Shown piece by piece: positions 12,612 to 25,400 of a DNA stretch of 64,000 nt; the first letter of the stretch is position 1, and each line of letters starts with the position of its first letter. Source of the stretch: Chamberlinius hualienensis. Lineage: Eukaryota. Where the stretch lies: the NCBI GenBank assembly GCA_054772095.1, contig BAAGAE010000033.1, positions 4,128,326 to 4,192,325 of the forward strand, given 5' to 3'. The position numbers and the translations under genes were made by a program. Below the pieces are notes generated by a model that saw only the letters and a program-made list of their open reading frames with translations, had not been told where the DNA came from and made no database searches.

Positions 12612-15600
12612 GCTTTTCTTCCTCTTAAAGCCAAGTTCCGGTTCTAACGTCATTTGTGAGCAAATTTTTATTTACTAGACAAAGTCTATTTTGAAACTTT
12701 GTACGCTTCTATTGTCGTCATCACTGGCAATGACAGCTAAGGACCGTTCCGATAGCAATCTTGACAAAAAGCATATGGTTTCCAAACATAGCGTCACCCA
12801 ACTTTTCAGCTAACTGCTTCGTCTTTTATTGATTGATCGATCTGTAGTGTTTGATATTGATTGTTGTTGGAGTGCTTTGAGGAAGCGCACAAAGGCTCCA
12901 CAAAACAGATGATCAGTGTAAAATCTGTTCCATCCGTGTAAATCAATGACAGAACTCATTTCGGTAAATTTTTCACTGCGTATTTTAAATTGAATATCAA
13001 AATCGAAGTGAAGAAGGAAGGGATAATTCAATTTTCCGTCTGATTTATTAGCATAGACTTTTATTATGCGCGCAAAGTATACCTGTTATTTAGTTTTGAT
13101 TAATTTTTGGACCTATATACAGTATAATATAAATTTACCCTCCTTCCTCCGAAAAAAAAATATTGAAAGACTGAAAGTCTTGCTAATTAAGACAGTTGTT
13201 AGAGCCCCCTGGTGAGTAGATGCAACAAACTGTACTTCCCTTCGCTCTGTTAAATAGCCGCCTGAAGGGATTTTACCTTTGCTGAATACACATTGGCCAC
13301 CATGGGGGAAAAGAGTGGTTGGCAATGGTGATGATGATGGAGGATTTATAAAAAAAAAAAAAAAAAAAAAAAAAAGTATTTTCTCTCATTATTGCTGCTT
13401 TTTTTTCTCTTTCTGTTGATGCGTTTAACGTGTTTCGATGCAAGTGGCACTAAAAATCAAGTATGAAATAACATTCCTACCAGTGTAAACTGGCAATTTT
13501 GGAAGAATTTAGCTTGCGCTTTTCACGCTGTTGTCTAAATGACTACTTATACTCGGAGCCACTTAGTAAAGGCATATGTAAATTTATCATTGACTTTTTG
13601 CCTTTATAAAGTGGCCCAGTGCATAATAATTGTTGAGTAAAACCTTGTAATAATTTTTAAGTGGCTGTTTTTTTTTATTGTGCTTTTACATAAAATTACA
13701 AATTAGCAATGAATCAGTAGAAATTGTTAGCTTGGACATTGAATGCTATATTTATTTATAAATAATTTGTTTATCAATTTAACAGTTTGTTACGTAACTT
13801 CATACTATATTACTGCGATGTGTGCATTTTATCATTGTGATAAAAATAACTTTTAGAAACTTTTTGTAAAAGTTTAATCTTTGTTAATTTGTGTGTAGGC
13901 AATAGTATCTGCAGCCAGTATAATTAACTACAGTTTGTGTGTGTGGTTGAGATTTTATGGTTATGTTGTGGTTAATGCGGTGAACACCTAAATTAGGTTC
14001 ATGTCTTGTTTGGTATAAGTTTGTGTTTTAGTTGAAACATCGACTTTTTTCTCCCTTTTTTATTTATAAAGTGCAACTTAAAAAGGGAAAGAAAAGGCGG
14101 TGAATGAAAATTGGATTTAGTTGTTTGCCGCCATTGTAGATGTATCTGTAGAAGCAAATTGATTCGAAGGGAAAAATTGGCAGCCAAACATGGCGTCAGC
14201 GACTTTTAAGAGTGGTTTTTATTAATGGTTTTTGGGTTGCGTCGCCTTTAGGTGGCGTCGAATGGACAGACATGGCTTTCATTTACACACGAACATATAT
14301 AAGCTTGTTTGTATTGGCGTCCAGCAGGCACCCACCCACTCTGAACGCAACGCCAGCCAATGCTTTATTGCAGATACATATGACGCGCCAACAACAAACA
14401 AATTGCAAACAAAAACATCTAAAATTGGATGAGGGAAAAAAGTTTTTCAAATGCGATTTCCTGTTGACGACGCCACTGAGTTTTCGATGACGTCACATCT
14501 GTCGTCTGGCAAGCGTAATTTGAAATAAATTCAACGCGATTTTGACGCCATCGGAACCACTTTATGGAAACTTTTGGAAGTTGGTGCGTTATTTGCTTGA
14601 CGTGCTGTTAGCATTGCAAATTTATCGTTGAGGATCAAATAGAACTTTTTGAAAGCTTTATTTATAATGATTTCTCTAGATCATTGCCATATTAAAGCTT
14701 TTTATTTTTTTTATAAAATAAGTCGACGAAAAGTTAATTACTCCGATAAAAAAAAAACATTGCTTAAAACGATCGCCATTTATGTAATGTGAGCAAAATG
14801 ACAAAATTTCATCTTGTTTGCGATCAGAATTTTTAGTTATTGGAGATAACGATGGATTTATGATGGGAACATTGAGTGTGGGTGTTGGGAGGTCAGTGAT
14901 TACCCATGTGACGTCGTTGGCGTTTATATTATTGTGTGTGGACAGCGAGTCGTCGTTGCTGCCGCCACCAGTCCTCCTTCTCACTTGCTTTTTGGCGCCG
15001 ATTTAGATGGCATTTGGTGATGCTGGCGGCTGATGACGCTCATACTGGTTTTACAAGCGCTCAGCCATCACCATGTCACGTCGACACCATTGAAAATTGA
15101 TTCTTAATGAGTTGGTTTCGTGTCGTCGGGGTGTCGCTTAGTTAAAGTTGAAAGAAAAGCATTCAATAAATATTTAACAGTTTAAGCAATTGTGAAATTA
15201 TTCTGATTATTTTGATCTTTGCCAATCGAGTGTTGAGTCTGTAGATTTTATGTGAACTTTTCTCCCTCTAAACTTGCAGTACGTAAAACTTGGTAAATAA
15301 AAAAATAACAATCGAGTTTTTCGACGACCGTTTACAATTCATATATACTGAATATGTGTGGTTTGTATGAAAAATCGTATATAAACGCTCCGGTCGCTTG
15401 GCGACCATTCCGAGATCAGTTAACAATGGTCGGTAGTTAGTAAAGGTAACAACCAAAAGAATCGTTGTATAAGCAGAAAGGGGGAAACGGTCTGCATTCA
15501 TTTTCAAAAGTGGAATCACTTTTTAATGAAGTTGCTTTTGCTCAAGTGCACTTCCATTGTGATTGTGAAGTGGAGGAAAGTTTTTTTTGTTATTATTTTG

Positions 15601-17546
15601 AAAAAAAGAAAGAACACGCAAAGGAATTTCGAGTTGAGGCCTATCCAAGCGACTCCCTGTAGGACAATCCAATCATTCACAAAATGCTTGTTTTTCCCCC
15701 ATTGATGCTTTATTCCTCTCACTAGAAAAGTTGTTATTCTATCATTGAAGGCCTGCTATTGATTGTAAACAGGGAATCCGTGTTCGGTTGTTGACAAAGG
15801 AATTTTAAAGGATTAAATAGTGGATTATCTTTTCTTCTTTTTTTTCCCGCTCATCCTTTCTCCACTCCTTCTTACGTTATAGGTTGTCATCATCTACATT
15901 TTCGACGTGACCCACATAACTTCTAACAATTTAGTTCGGATTTAACGTTGCGTTTGAAAGGGTTTAGGAATTCACTACTACAAAATTATGTAAACATTAG
16001 GATTTCGAATTATGTGTTAACGTACGGAATAATAATCAGCAATTCACTCAGTAGTCGTATCGTGGCTTTATTTCGTAACAAAAAAAAAGTTTTTCAGTGC
16101 GTGCAATTTTAAATTTGATAAAGTTTTTAATGAGTTTAAAAATTTCTGAATAGTTAAAATATCGCTTACGACATCGTAATGTTAGGTATTTTAATAATTT
16201 CTATGCTTAAAATTGGTTGTTGATGTAACAGTGAATAATATAATGGCGGCCATGTGGAATGTAGAAATTAAAACTTTTAAGCTGAAATTTGTGTGATGGT
16301 ACCCTAGTGTACAAAAGGATGGGGTGGAGTGGCCAAATACCTGTTTACCTAGCTACCACCTCATCATTCTCGTTTTTTCTTTACGTCGGTTTGTTTTGTC
16401 TTCAAACAAGTTTTTCTTTCTCCTTTATTTTCCTCTTCAAGTGTTTTTGTCTTTATCATCACTCAAAGGTATTCTAGATTGTAATCGGAGAAGAAATCTT
16501 AATAGTCGTTGACCACTCCTTCGGCTATTAACTCCACCTCTGTAGACTCATGTTTAGATCGAAACAGTCAAACAAACGTGCGTTTAAAACATATTTTCAG
16601 TTGAACGGATTGACAATTGGATTTTTTTGTGAAAATTATTCGATTTTTATACTCATTCCCCATGTTTCTAAGATTCTAATTTCGAGTTTTTACAGTGCAG
16701 TATTTGGGGAATTAAAAGATAGTTTTCTTATCTAATCGTTATATTTGTAATCAGTCAAGAGTGGGGAATTTTTTTGGCTGAGGAATTTGGTCTTAGCCGA
16801 GCTTTACTCTAATTTTACAAACATTGACACGAGTCTTCTAAAAATAAATATTTACAAGTTTTACAATAAAAAAAAATAAAAATAGTTTTAACTGCTTTTG
16901 TAATTAAAATGTTTTTTTTTTTTTTTATTTATTTATGTATTTTTTTTTTATAGGTATAAATGGTGAAATTGAAAATTCGAAAAACTACTGGTGTTCCTTG
17001 GCCTATTGGGAGCTGCGAACTCGGGTTGGGCGACTTTTTCCGGTGCATAAAAACATGATCAATGTGTTTTCCGATCTTCCTCACGGTGAAGGCTTATGTT
17101 TGGGAACTCTTGCCAAACAGAACCAAAGGATCAGTGAATCTGTTCGTCGGACAAGAGAGAAAATTGGACTGGGTCTTAGTATAAGCAACGAACCTGATGG
17201 TGTTTGGGCGTATAACCGATCCGATAACGCCATATTTGTGAACTCGCCTACCTTACAACCCCCTTCTCAAACTTTACATGCTCCATTATCAAGACCATCT
17301 TTCACCGTATACAAAGTCCCTCCCGGTTACTCCATCAAAGTTTTTGACTTTGAAAAATCTCGTCTGTACCAAAAGATGGACAAAGAACTGAGTAAGAAGA
17401 ACGATGGAGAAGCTACCACCGATGGTCCTTTTGATCCCAACTCTGTCAGAATAAGCTTTGCCAAGGGATGGGGACCCAAATACTCTAGGCAAGTCATCAC
17501 TTCGTGCCCTTGTTGGCTGGAAATTCTTTTGATTCCACCGAGATGA
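7975..17546 (+). CDS. Smad6/7: Inhibitory Smad (Smad6/7 orthologue). CDS join(7975..8473, 10842..10892, 11240..11317, 16954..17546), about 406 aa. An alternative in-frame upstream ATG at 7753 would add a 74-aa Pro/Ser-rich extension.
   Basis: Exon 1 encodes [17 protein letters not shown] (compare vertebrate Smad7 MFRTKRSALVRRLWRSR). It also contains [29 protein letters not shown] and [10 protein letters not shown], which are hallmarks of the I-Smad N-domain. Exon 2 encodes ESPPPYTRC, the PY motif. Exon 3 encodes ...[10 protein letters not shown]. Exon 4 encodes an MH2 domain ([17 protein letters not shown]... [13 protein letters not shown]), close to Smad7 WCVVAYWEEKTRVGRLY...CPCWLEVIFNSR. 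All junctions are GT/AG with phase 1: 8474 gtacaa; 10839-41 cag; 10893 gtgagt; 11238-39 ag; 11318 gtaaag; 16951-53 tag. The summed CDS is 1221 nt, divisible by 3. Confidence 0.9.
10256..10265. promoter_or_regulatory. Perfect palindromic CLEAR/E-box motif GTCACGTGAC in I-Smad intron 1, inside a GC-rich island (about 10060-10290).
   Basis: Read directly: gcaaggGGTCACGTGACCcacccc. Related palindromic CACGTG sites lie at 6259-6266 (aTCACGTGAt) and 12376-12385 (gaTCACGTGAtc), plus CACGTG at 9066 and 9124. Confidence 0.35.
12577..12612. repeat. Poly(T) homopolymer of about 36 nt in I-Smad intron 3. A poly(A) of about 25 nt lies at 13351-13376.
   Basis: Direct reading of the sequence. Confidence 0.9.
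13530..13612. repeat. Copy of a short dispersed repeat family. A second copy lies at 60455-60512, and a partial match to its 5' end lies at 60161-60180.
   Basis: 13548 tatactcggagccacttagtaaaggcatatgtaaatttatcattgactttttgcctttataaag against 60449 tatactcgaggtcacttagtaaaggcacatgtaaattcgtcattgactttggcctttagaacg, about 88% identity over about 60 bp. The gtctaaatgact motif recurs at 13530 and 60167. Confidence 0.5.
14200..15100. promoter_or_regulatory. GC-rich island inside the 5.6-kb I-Smad intron 3. It contains a perfect CRE, TGACGTCA, at 14486-14493 and further TGACGT(C) sites at 14905 and 15070. Candidate intronic enhancer or alternative promoter.
   Basis: Base composition shifts clearly relative to the flanking AT-rich intron. 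Overlapping junk ORFs occur on both strands, which is typical of a GC island. The motifs were read directly. Confidence 0.3.
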
Positions 17547-20500
17547 CATCAGCCAGTATCAAAATGGATACATTAAAATGATTTTATGTTTTCGAAAGTG
17601 AGTATGCCGCTCGCTGTCTTGAGACGTACCAAAGTCTGGACAATGCCACAGCTGACCAACTTTATTTTTGTGGCTGGCGATTCAAGTTAACGCTTTTATA
17701 TGCGTTTTTAAGTACAAAAATTTGTCGTCTAAATTGGAACCAAAAGATTTAAAAACAAGAAAAAAAAAATGAAGTTGGGCCAGTTACACGACGAATCTTG
17801 TCTACATTTTTTTAAATTTTTTTTTATCATTTTTTTTTGTTTGTTTCTTTGGTTATTTATCGTTTTATACGATAGCTCATTGAATGCTACAGGACATTTA
17901 AAACGATGCAGCTGAATTTTTATTTTACTGTATTTGGTTACAGTCAGTGTATTTTACTACGTCAGTGACATGAAAAACACATTTCTTTTTTATCATTACC
18001 TCAAATATTTCGTATTGTTGCGAAAAGAGCCCACCTCCCCAACTTTCAACCGAATTTTTTAAATTTCTTGTTTATTAGTTCTGGAGTTTACTGCGTATTC
18101 TTTAGCGCTGTGTTTCACTGGACGTTACTTGTTGGGAGGACGCTGAACGAATGCGCATCTAATTTCAACCTCGTTCCAAATTAAACAAAGTCTATTGTCG
18201 ACGTCTGAATGTTTTTAAATAATGGGGTTTTAATGGTAAAATAATTTTAAACAGGGTCGAAACTTTTTCAAAGCCATTAGTGCCGTTTTTATACACATAC
18301 ACCGATTGGCGGACGGCATGTGACGTCGTTGGGTTCCGTTTTTATTTATCCACTGCCAAAATCCGTCCTTTTTCAGTTGTCAACTCCCATCTATCTCGAT
18401 GTTTATTCGTTCTTATAAACTGTTTTAAAGACAGTTTTATACGCCTCGAAGTTGCGGCGCCAAATCAATTACAATTTGAAAAACACTTGTGTGCTAAAAT
18501 TTCTGTTTAAATGACCATATAAGGGGGATCCGATTATAAACTAAAACTTAACGATTAGTACATTTGCTCTTTTATATATTTTTTTGGAGTTTGGGTGGGG
18601 AGAAGGAATGTGATAAAGTTCCTCTTTTTAAAATAAAAAGGAGAGAGAAAATATATAATAATAACGTTGTTGAAAAGCACATAATATAGGCAATGTGATT
18701 TCGCCTATTAATAATTTTGAGTTGAATAATGGTATGTCTGCTGGCGCCATCTAACTGGCTCCACGCCAACTTATGTACCCTCTTTGGTTCATTCATATAG
18801 GCGGCTCAGAAACAAGGAATGACATACAAAATAACTATAACCGAAAAAAAATGAAATCAACATTTTTTTCTTTAAAAGTTCTAAGTGAAATTATAGCATT
18901 AAAATGTTCACTCTAAATTTTTTCTAAACCCAAATTGTGCATTTACGCACTTAAGTCTTTGCAATGAGGAGACTCAACCTTTCTCTCTTCTTCACCACCA
19001 GACATAAAAAAGATATGTAAGAAATATTTTAATGGGTTCTGTAGAGTTTGTGTTAAAGCATCGGTGTTGATATTGACTTAATGACTTAAAAAAAAAAAAG
19101 AAGCAAAATACAAAAAAAAAAAGTTGTTTTAAACGCTTAACGTTATGTGTACGTTTCCTATAATGCTGAATGGTGGGGTGGGAGATCGAATTTGAACTTG
19201 AGAAGAAAAAAAATGGGTGGAATTTTTTACAGAGAAGTAAAATTCAGGGCTGCTATATATTATATGAGCTTTGTCACAAAAAACAAAAAAAAAAAACGGT
19301 GATGATTTACATGGAGCAACTTGTATATAGTTATAAATATTGTAATTTTTTCAAAAGTCAAGACAATTTAAAATATAAATATATAAAGTAAGTATATGTA
19401 TATAGATTGGAAAAGTTCACACAAACTATACAATTGATTTTGTATCGACTTAGTTCAGATGTTTCAGTGTTGTGTATATGGACTCCCATGTGTGTATATA
19501 TAAATGGTGTGGTCAATTTATGTACAGTACATATTTTTTAACAAAGACAAAAAATACAATAAAAATTACTCCTTACCTAAAATCACCACCACCCAATCGT
19601 CATTTCAATTTTCTACTTCAATCATTTCAATTTTAAGCCGCATTGTTTTCCGATTTCATTTTTTTCACATTCGTAACGTACCTGTCCGTTAAAATATGTT
19701 GTTAAAATTGTAAAAAGTGAACAACCGAAATGAAATTAAATGTTAAAAGTGTAAAACTAAGATTTAAAAAGTGCCTTTTTTTCGCTCATCTGATGGAAAA
19801 ACAAAAAGGGTACAATTAACGAATTATTCTATAAATGTGTAAATATTTTGAAATTATTTATATTTAAAATGTAATTAATCAATATGAGTGAATTTGTTGT
19901 CTTAAGTGTGCAAACAACGCATTGTCTACCTCGTTAATTCTTTTATTGTAATCTTTGTCCTTAATAGACGTTTCAGAGTCCAATCTGACTTTGAATGATA
20001 ATAACGTAATGAAGTCTTGTTTTTTTCCCTTTTTTCTATTAAGTAATATTATGTGATTGTGTTGGGTGAGTGGTGTAGGTCACGGGATTAACTACAAACC
20101 ACGAGTACGAAAGTGCTTCTATAAAAATCTTTGTTTTAATTATTTGTCTCTGAAAAGCCGATTAAGAATTATTTGTACAGTTAGATTTTAAATCTACTAT
20201 TAATGTGCGATTGTGTGTCGTTGAGAAAATGTTGACGAGAGTGTTAAGAATTTTTTAAAGAAAAAAATAAAAACCTTTAAAATTTATTTTTGTTTTACTA
20301 TCGCCAAGTACTAGTTCGCTTTAACATGAGAAGATAAAGGAACAAGAAGTGGACGCCTTTGTGAAGAAATGAAGGACAGATTGATGTACAGCACAATGTC
20401 GATTGTGTTTGGACGATTAAATGCAGACATCAAATAGATACCCAAATTCGAGCAGTTCCAACCACAGTAAATTTTGGTACAGTCATTTTTATTTTTTAAA

Positions 20501-21502
20501 GGATCTAATTTATTTGGTTTTTTGTTTGTTTTAGGAACTGTAAAAGGAAAGCTGACGAAGATGTGCGAATTGAGTTAAATAAGTATTTTAACCAACTATG
20601 TGTCTTTAGTCATGTGTAAGCACTTTTTTGTGGAACCGGAACAAGTAGTTGCTTCACTATACTAAGACCGAATCCGGAAATAGAAGTGACGGCACGGCCC
20701 AGATGAGCGTGCTTTAATATCAAATGAGGTGCTGATTTGAAAAGTGATCCAAGTGACATTTAGATAGTTTTGTGTAAATCGCAATTAAAGTTCAAATGTT
20801 AATTTAAAAATCTGTGATAGCTGAAAAGATCTACCCCCTACGTAGCGCAAGTAGTGTAATGACATTGTATCACTTAGCCCAATTCTGTTCTTTTAATTAT
20901 AATTATTAGAGAAATACAGTAAATTTTATCACACCATTGCAGGCTGTATTTCATTGGTCAGCCATGTCTTTTAGGGGGAGGGTTTTATATTTTTGAGTAC
21001 GGTATCACCTAAATGCACTCGAAGAGTGTCCATAAGGTGATTTATGGTCTTTGACATTTTTTTTCTTCTTCAATTACACAGTAAGTGTCCTGACAGCAGT
21101 CTCGAACTCGCAACATCTGCTTGCTATATGCCGCGTAGGAGAATTATTATTTGGGATTTCACGACTACAGGAATCACCAAAATCAGCGCTCACGATCATC
21201 CTGTTGGCTCTATCGGGGTTGTATATTAACTAACTATAACTAGTATTAGTTAGGAATGTTATTATAGTATTAGTTCGATATGTAGAAGTCCAAATGGGAA
21301 GAAGTTGTTGAGCTGTATAACTGATAATTGTGTGGCTATGTGGGATGTTTTACTCGGTGAATGTAAACAGATATACCGATTTTACACATTCGTCCAAGAT
21401 CTGATTAACAGCTTTTACTTGGACTTAAGGTCAGGGACGTCATTTCAGTGTTTTCCAGAACGGACAAAACCAAAAATTTAGGGGTTTTTTAGTTTTCTTA
21501 TA

Positions 21503-21645
21503 AGATGCAGGATTTAGCTGTTTTGGAGGAAGTGTTACGAATGGTTTTGAAAATAATTAATTCATGTCTGTGTAATCGACTCATTCACAGTAATCATCTT
21601 ATTTACACACTTCTATACAAGAGAGGTCTGGAGACCGATTTATGG
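21503..21645 (+). pseudogene. Inverted partial copy of the 3' exons of dymeclin. Exon A of the real gene is fused to the end of exon B, and the fragment lies about 6 kb from the real exons on the opposite strand.
   Basis: The + strand at 21507-21627 reads [46 protein letters not shown]|gtaaac. This is about 94% identical at the nucleotide level to the reverse complement of real exon A (27540-27690) plus the last 25 nt of real exon B and its GTAAAT donor (27296-27332). Frame integrity is lost after KR. Confidence 0.8.
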
Positions 21646-24371
21646 TAAACAATTGGGCATTCGTTTCGTAAACTGCATTATAACAATTGACATTGTAAGT
21701 TATTAACCAGGGCTGCTATATTAGACAAAATTGTATACCGTTAATGCTCGCATTGAGTACGTGGTAATGCAGATCAGTCATGACATCGAAACATGCTTAT
21801 TGTATTACTGTATCTAATATCTTTAACATTGATGATACAAATTAATACGCGAAAGAGATTTATCGGTAGTTCAGATAGACAGAAAACGGTTTACATTAAG
21901 TTTAGTTTAGAACTTAAAGCAGCATACTATATACTTGTTTTGTGAGTGCGTGCAGTACACCCATCTCAATACAAAGTTACAAACAGTTGAAACATTCAAA
22001 CAGCGAGAGATGGATCTAATCACAGCAGAAGATCAGTTGTTAAAAGTTTACACCGACATACATTTCCTTTCCATTAACGTTTGATGGATTTCTGGATATC
22101 TTTTGGTTTGGCATATCCCCTTCGTTATAAAGGTAAACGAGAACATACGAAGTAAAACGAATTATAAGGAATAGTGGTAGGGCAAACGATCACAAATAAT
22201 GAATTCGTTTATTAATCATCTTTGATGGAGCACTGTGAATAATGGGTTTATGAATGTAGTGCTACTTCCGGGTACGGCAAGTTCCCTAAATCGAGCCTTG
22301 AAACGACCAAAAAACCGCCCTCTCCTGGTGACGTAAGATAAAGGCAGGAAAATGTTGATATCTCGGAAAATTAATTAAGATATCGAAAAAGTTCTTTTAT
22401 AATTAGCTTAATGCATTCAATTTTTCGTCTAGATATCCATAAAAAAAAAGTAGCTCAATTTTTGATAAAGTGAGAATGCCTTTCTTTGTTTTTTTATAAA
22501 ACCCAAAACAAATTGAAGGAAATAGGTGTTCCAAAACGACTAAATTTGGAAATTTTATAATTAAGATTCCGTAGGTAATTTGACGTAGAAATATCCAATA
22601 AAATACAGTGGATACCTAAATGTTTAGTCTTTTTTTTGAAAACGTGGAGAAGGCCTTTGGGTTTTTTCAAAAAATTGGAAAAAAAATAAAAGTTCTCAGA
22701 AATAAGTGCCTGGTCTAAATTATTCATTGCTGATAATTGTAGCTACTTCCGATTCCTGCAACAGGTCCAAATAGAGCCTTGAAACAGCAAAAAATATCAA
22801 TAGCTATATAATGCCATCTATAAAACTATTTTTAAAATTTAATGTAAACTAGAGGAAGAAGTTTAATGACCAATTATTCAAAAAAGTTGTACACAATATT
22901 TTGGCGCTTGTATTAATGTAAATATCCGAAATGTTTTTTTATTAATTGTAAAACATGATACAATTCATTATATAATATGACTCAATCATGCATCGGCAAA
23001 CTTCTAATTTATTTATTATATTTACTGGGTGAAATTTACTTTTAATAAAAATTTTCTTTTTTAAAAACAATTATATTAAAAGTAAAGCGAGAGTGTAAAA
23101 GATAACTAATAATATTGTTTGCATAATATTTTTTTTTAAATGTATGCAATCCAATGTATACATTTAATACAATACAATGTAGGAGTGATTCGAGACTGCT
23201 GCTGGACATTTATTTCCAAAAAATAAATGTCAAAATGTTGGAAAATCAAACGTGCCGAAGACCACATTGATAACTCTAGAGTGGCATATGTAAAGGAGCT
23301 ATACTCCTAAAAATCTAAAACCCTCTAGCTGAAAGACATGGCTGACCACGAAAGACAGCAAGGGGATTTTAGCTTGAGCTCCCAACATCCAAGTATTATT
23401 AAATAGCTAGAATTTTAGTAATTAATTTAGTTTTGTGACTTAAAAAAAATAGATGGACTTTGACCTTAGTCTAAAGTCTAATTTTTGCTAAGTGATGTTA
23501 AGTTGTGCCAGGTTTGGACTTTGACCTTTAACCATTGGACTAAGGTCCAATAGTCTACACCTCATGTCTAAACCTCATAAAATCACCTAGCAAAAATTAG
23601 ACTTTTGAATAAGGGCAAAGTTCAAAGGTCAAAGTCCATCTTTTTTTTTTTAATACAATTCTTTTTTTTTTCAGTTACTAAAATAAATTCTGAAATCTTA
23701 GCTATTTAATAATACTTGGCTGTTGGGACCTCAAGTTAAAATCCCCTTGCTGTCTTCCATAGTCAGCCACATCTTTCAGCTGGACGGTTTTGGATTTTTA
23801 GGAGTATAGCACCCTTTACATATGCCACTCTAGTATGTGGTCGTACATGGTTTTACACCATACATGATACGTTTGTTTTTCCAACACTGCGACATTTATA
23901 TCTTTGGAAATAAATGTCCAGCAGCAGTCTTGAACCCACGTTCCCTGCTTTCATGCTACTGCTTTAGTGCGCTCGACCACATTTCTAACACCCTTCTAAT
24001 ACCGTCTTAACTCCTACATAAGAATTGGATGGCAAACAATAAACTTTTATAATCTTTTATACTCTTGCATTACTGTACTTATAATAGAATTGCATATAAA
24101 AAAGAAAATTTTTATTTAAAAGTAAATTTCACCCATTTATATAATAAAGGCATTAGAATTTTTTCGATGCATGATTTAGTCATATTATTTAATGAATTGT
24201 ATCATGTTTTAGCTATTTACATTTTTTCCTGTTTTAAGTCTCTATTTGTAACAGTTGCAGGAACCGGAAGTAGCTACAATTAGCAAAAGTGAATAGCTTA
24301 GACTCGCATTGATTTAAAAACCTTTTTAAGTATTTCTGAGAACTTTTGTTTTTTTCCATTTTTTGAAAAAA

Positions 24372-24451
24372 CAATACGTACCTCAATTTTTGGCCGCTTT
24401 TTGAAAAAACAAAGGCTTTTTCAAAAAGCGGCCAAAAATTGAGGTACGTAT
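24372..24451. repeat. Perfect hairpin with a 36-bp stem (aatacgtacctcaatttttggccgctttttgaaaaa / tttttcaaaaagcggccaaaaattgaggtacgtatt) and an 8-nt loop, inside the right palindrome arm.
   Basis: Read directly. The second half is the exact reverse complement of the first. A diverged homologue of the hairpin lies in the left arm at about 22620-22700. Confidence 0.85.
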
Positions 24452-24849
24452 TTTATTGCATATGTAGACATAAAATTAAATCCAAAAGCTAATTATAAAA
24501 TAAATTTTTCGATATCTTAGTATTCGAGATATCGCCATTATTCTGCCTTCTTTTTTTTTATTTCACAAGCAGTGGGAATTTTTTGGCCGTTTCAAAGCTA
24601 TATTTAGGGATCTTGGAGGATCCGGAAGTAGCCGAAATTCACATAAATGAATAATTCAGCTAAAAAGGAAAATGCATACTGTAACATTCATAAACCATTC
24701 ATAGTGCTCCATCAAAGAGGATTAACTATGGAAACACACTTCCAATCAAGGACGTCATTGTGTATCAAGGCATATAAAGTTAAGTTAAGATTGTGTATAG
24801 CCCCCAACCTGTAACCATTGATATACCGGTAGTCCATGAAAATAAGTAC

Positions 24850-25400
24850 AGTGATACCTCTTATAACGAGTTTAATTCGTGACTAACTCTTGCTCGTTAT
24901 GTGAAACAATTTTTCCCATAGGAATCAATGTAAAACGCGATAATGCGTTCCATGACAAAAAAATGCAAATTTGTTTTTCATATGTAACGTTTCAAATACA
25001 ACTAACATTAACAACAAACTGTTAAAAACTTAATTGTATTTGACTGTAACGCTGTTAAGAGTCATTTGTTTTTGCCGTTGCTTCAAAATTTGGTGAAAAT
25101 GTAACACAGCATTGTCTTTTCATTTTGTAGTGTCTTATGGTAGTCTTTTTTTTTGATTTTTTCTTTGGGGACATTTTTGCAAACGTTATTCAACTAAAAA
25201 CTCTAATGACTAAATTTAAATGTAAAAAAAAATTTCCTTTTTCAAAAAATTGTGTGAGAATGGCGCCATAAGTCTCGCGAGTGACAGAAAGTGGGGATTT
25301 CCTCTGCCAAAATCACTCGTTATGTGGAATATTGCTCGTTTTGAGAGCAATTTTTGTACAATTTTTTTTTGCTCGTTATGTGGATTACACGTTATTAAGA
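24850..25400. mobile_element. MITE-like insertion of about 550 bp, present only in the right palindrome arm. It is bounded by imperfect inverted termini: tacagtgATACCTCTTATAACGag at the left end against the reverse complement of CTCGTTATgtggattacacGTTATTAAGAGGTACcactgta at the right end.
   Basis: Left-arm homology stops exactly at this point: left 21940 ...atactatatac|ttgttttg against right-rc ...atactatatac|agtggtacctctt. The internal ctcgttatgtg motif is repeated four times. Confidence 0.4.
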
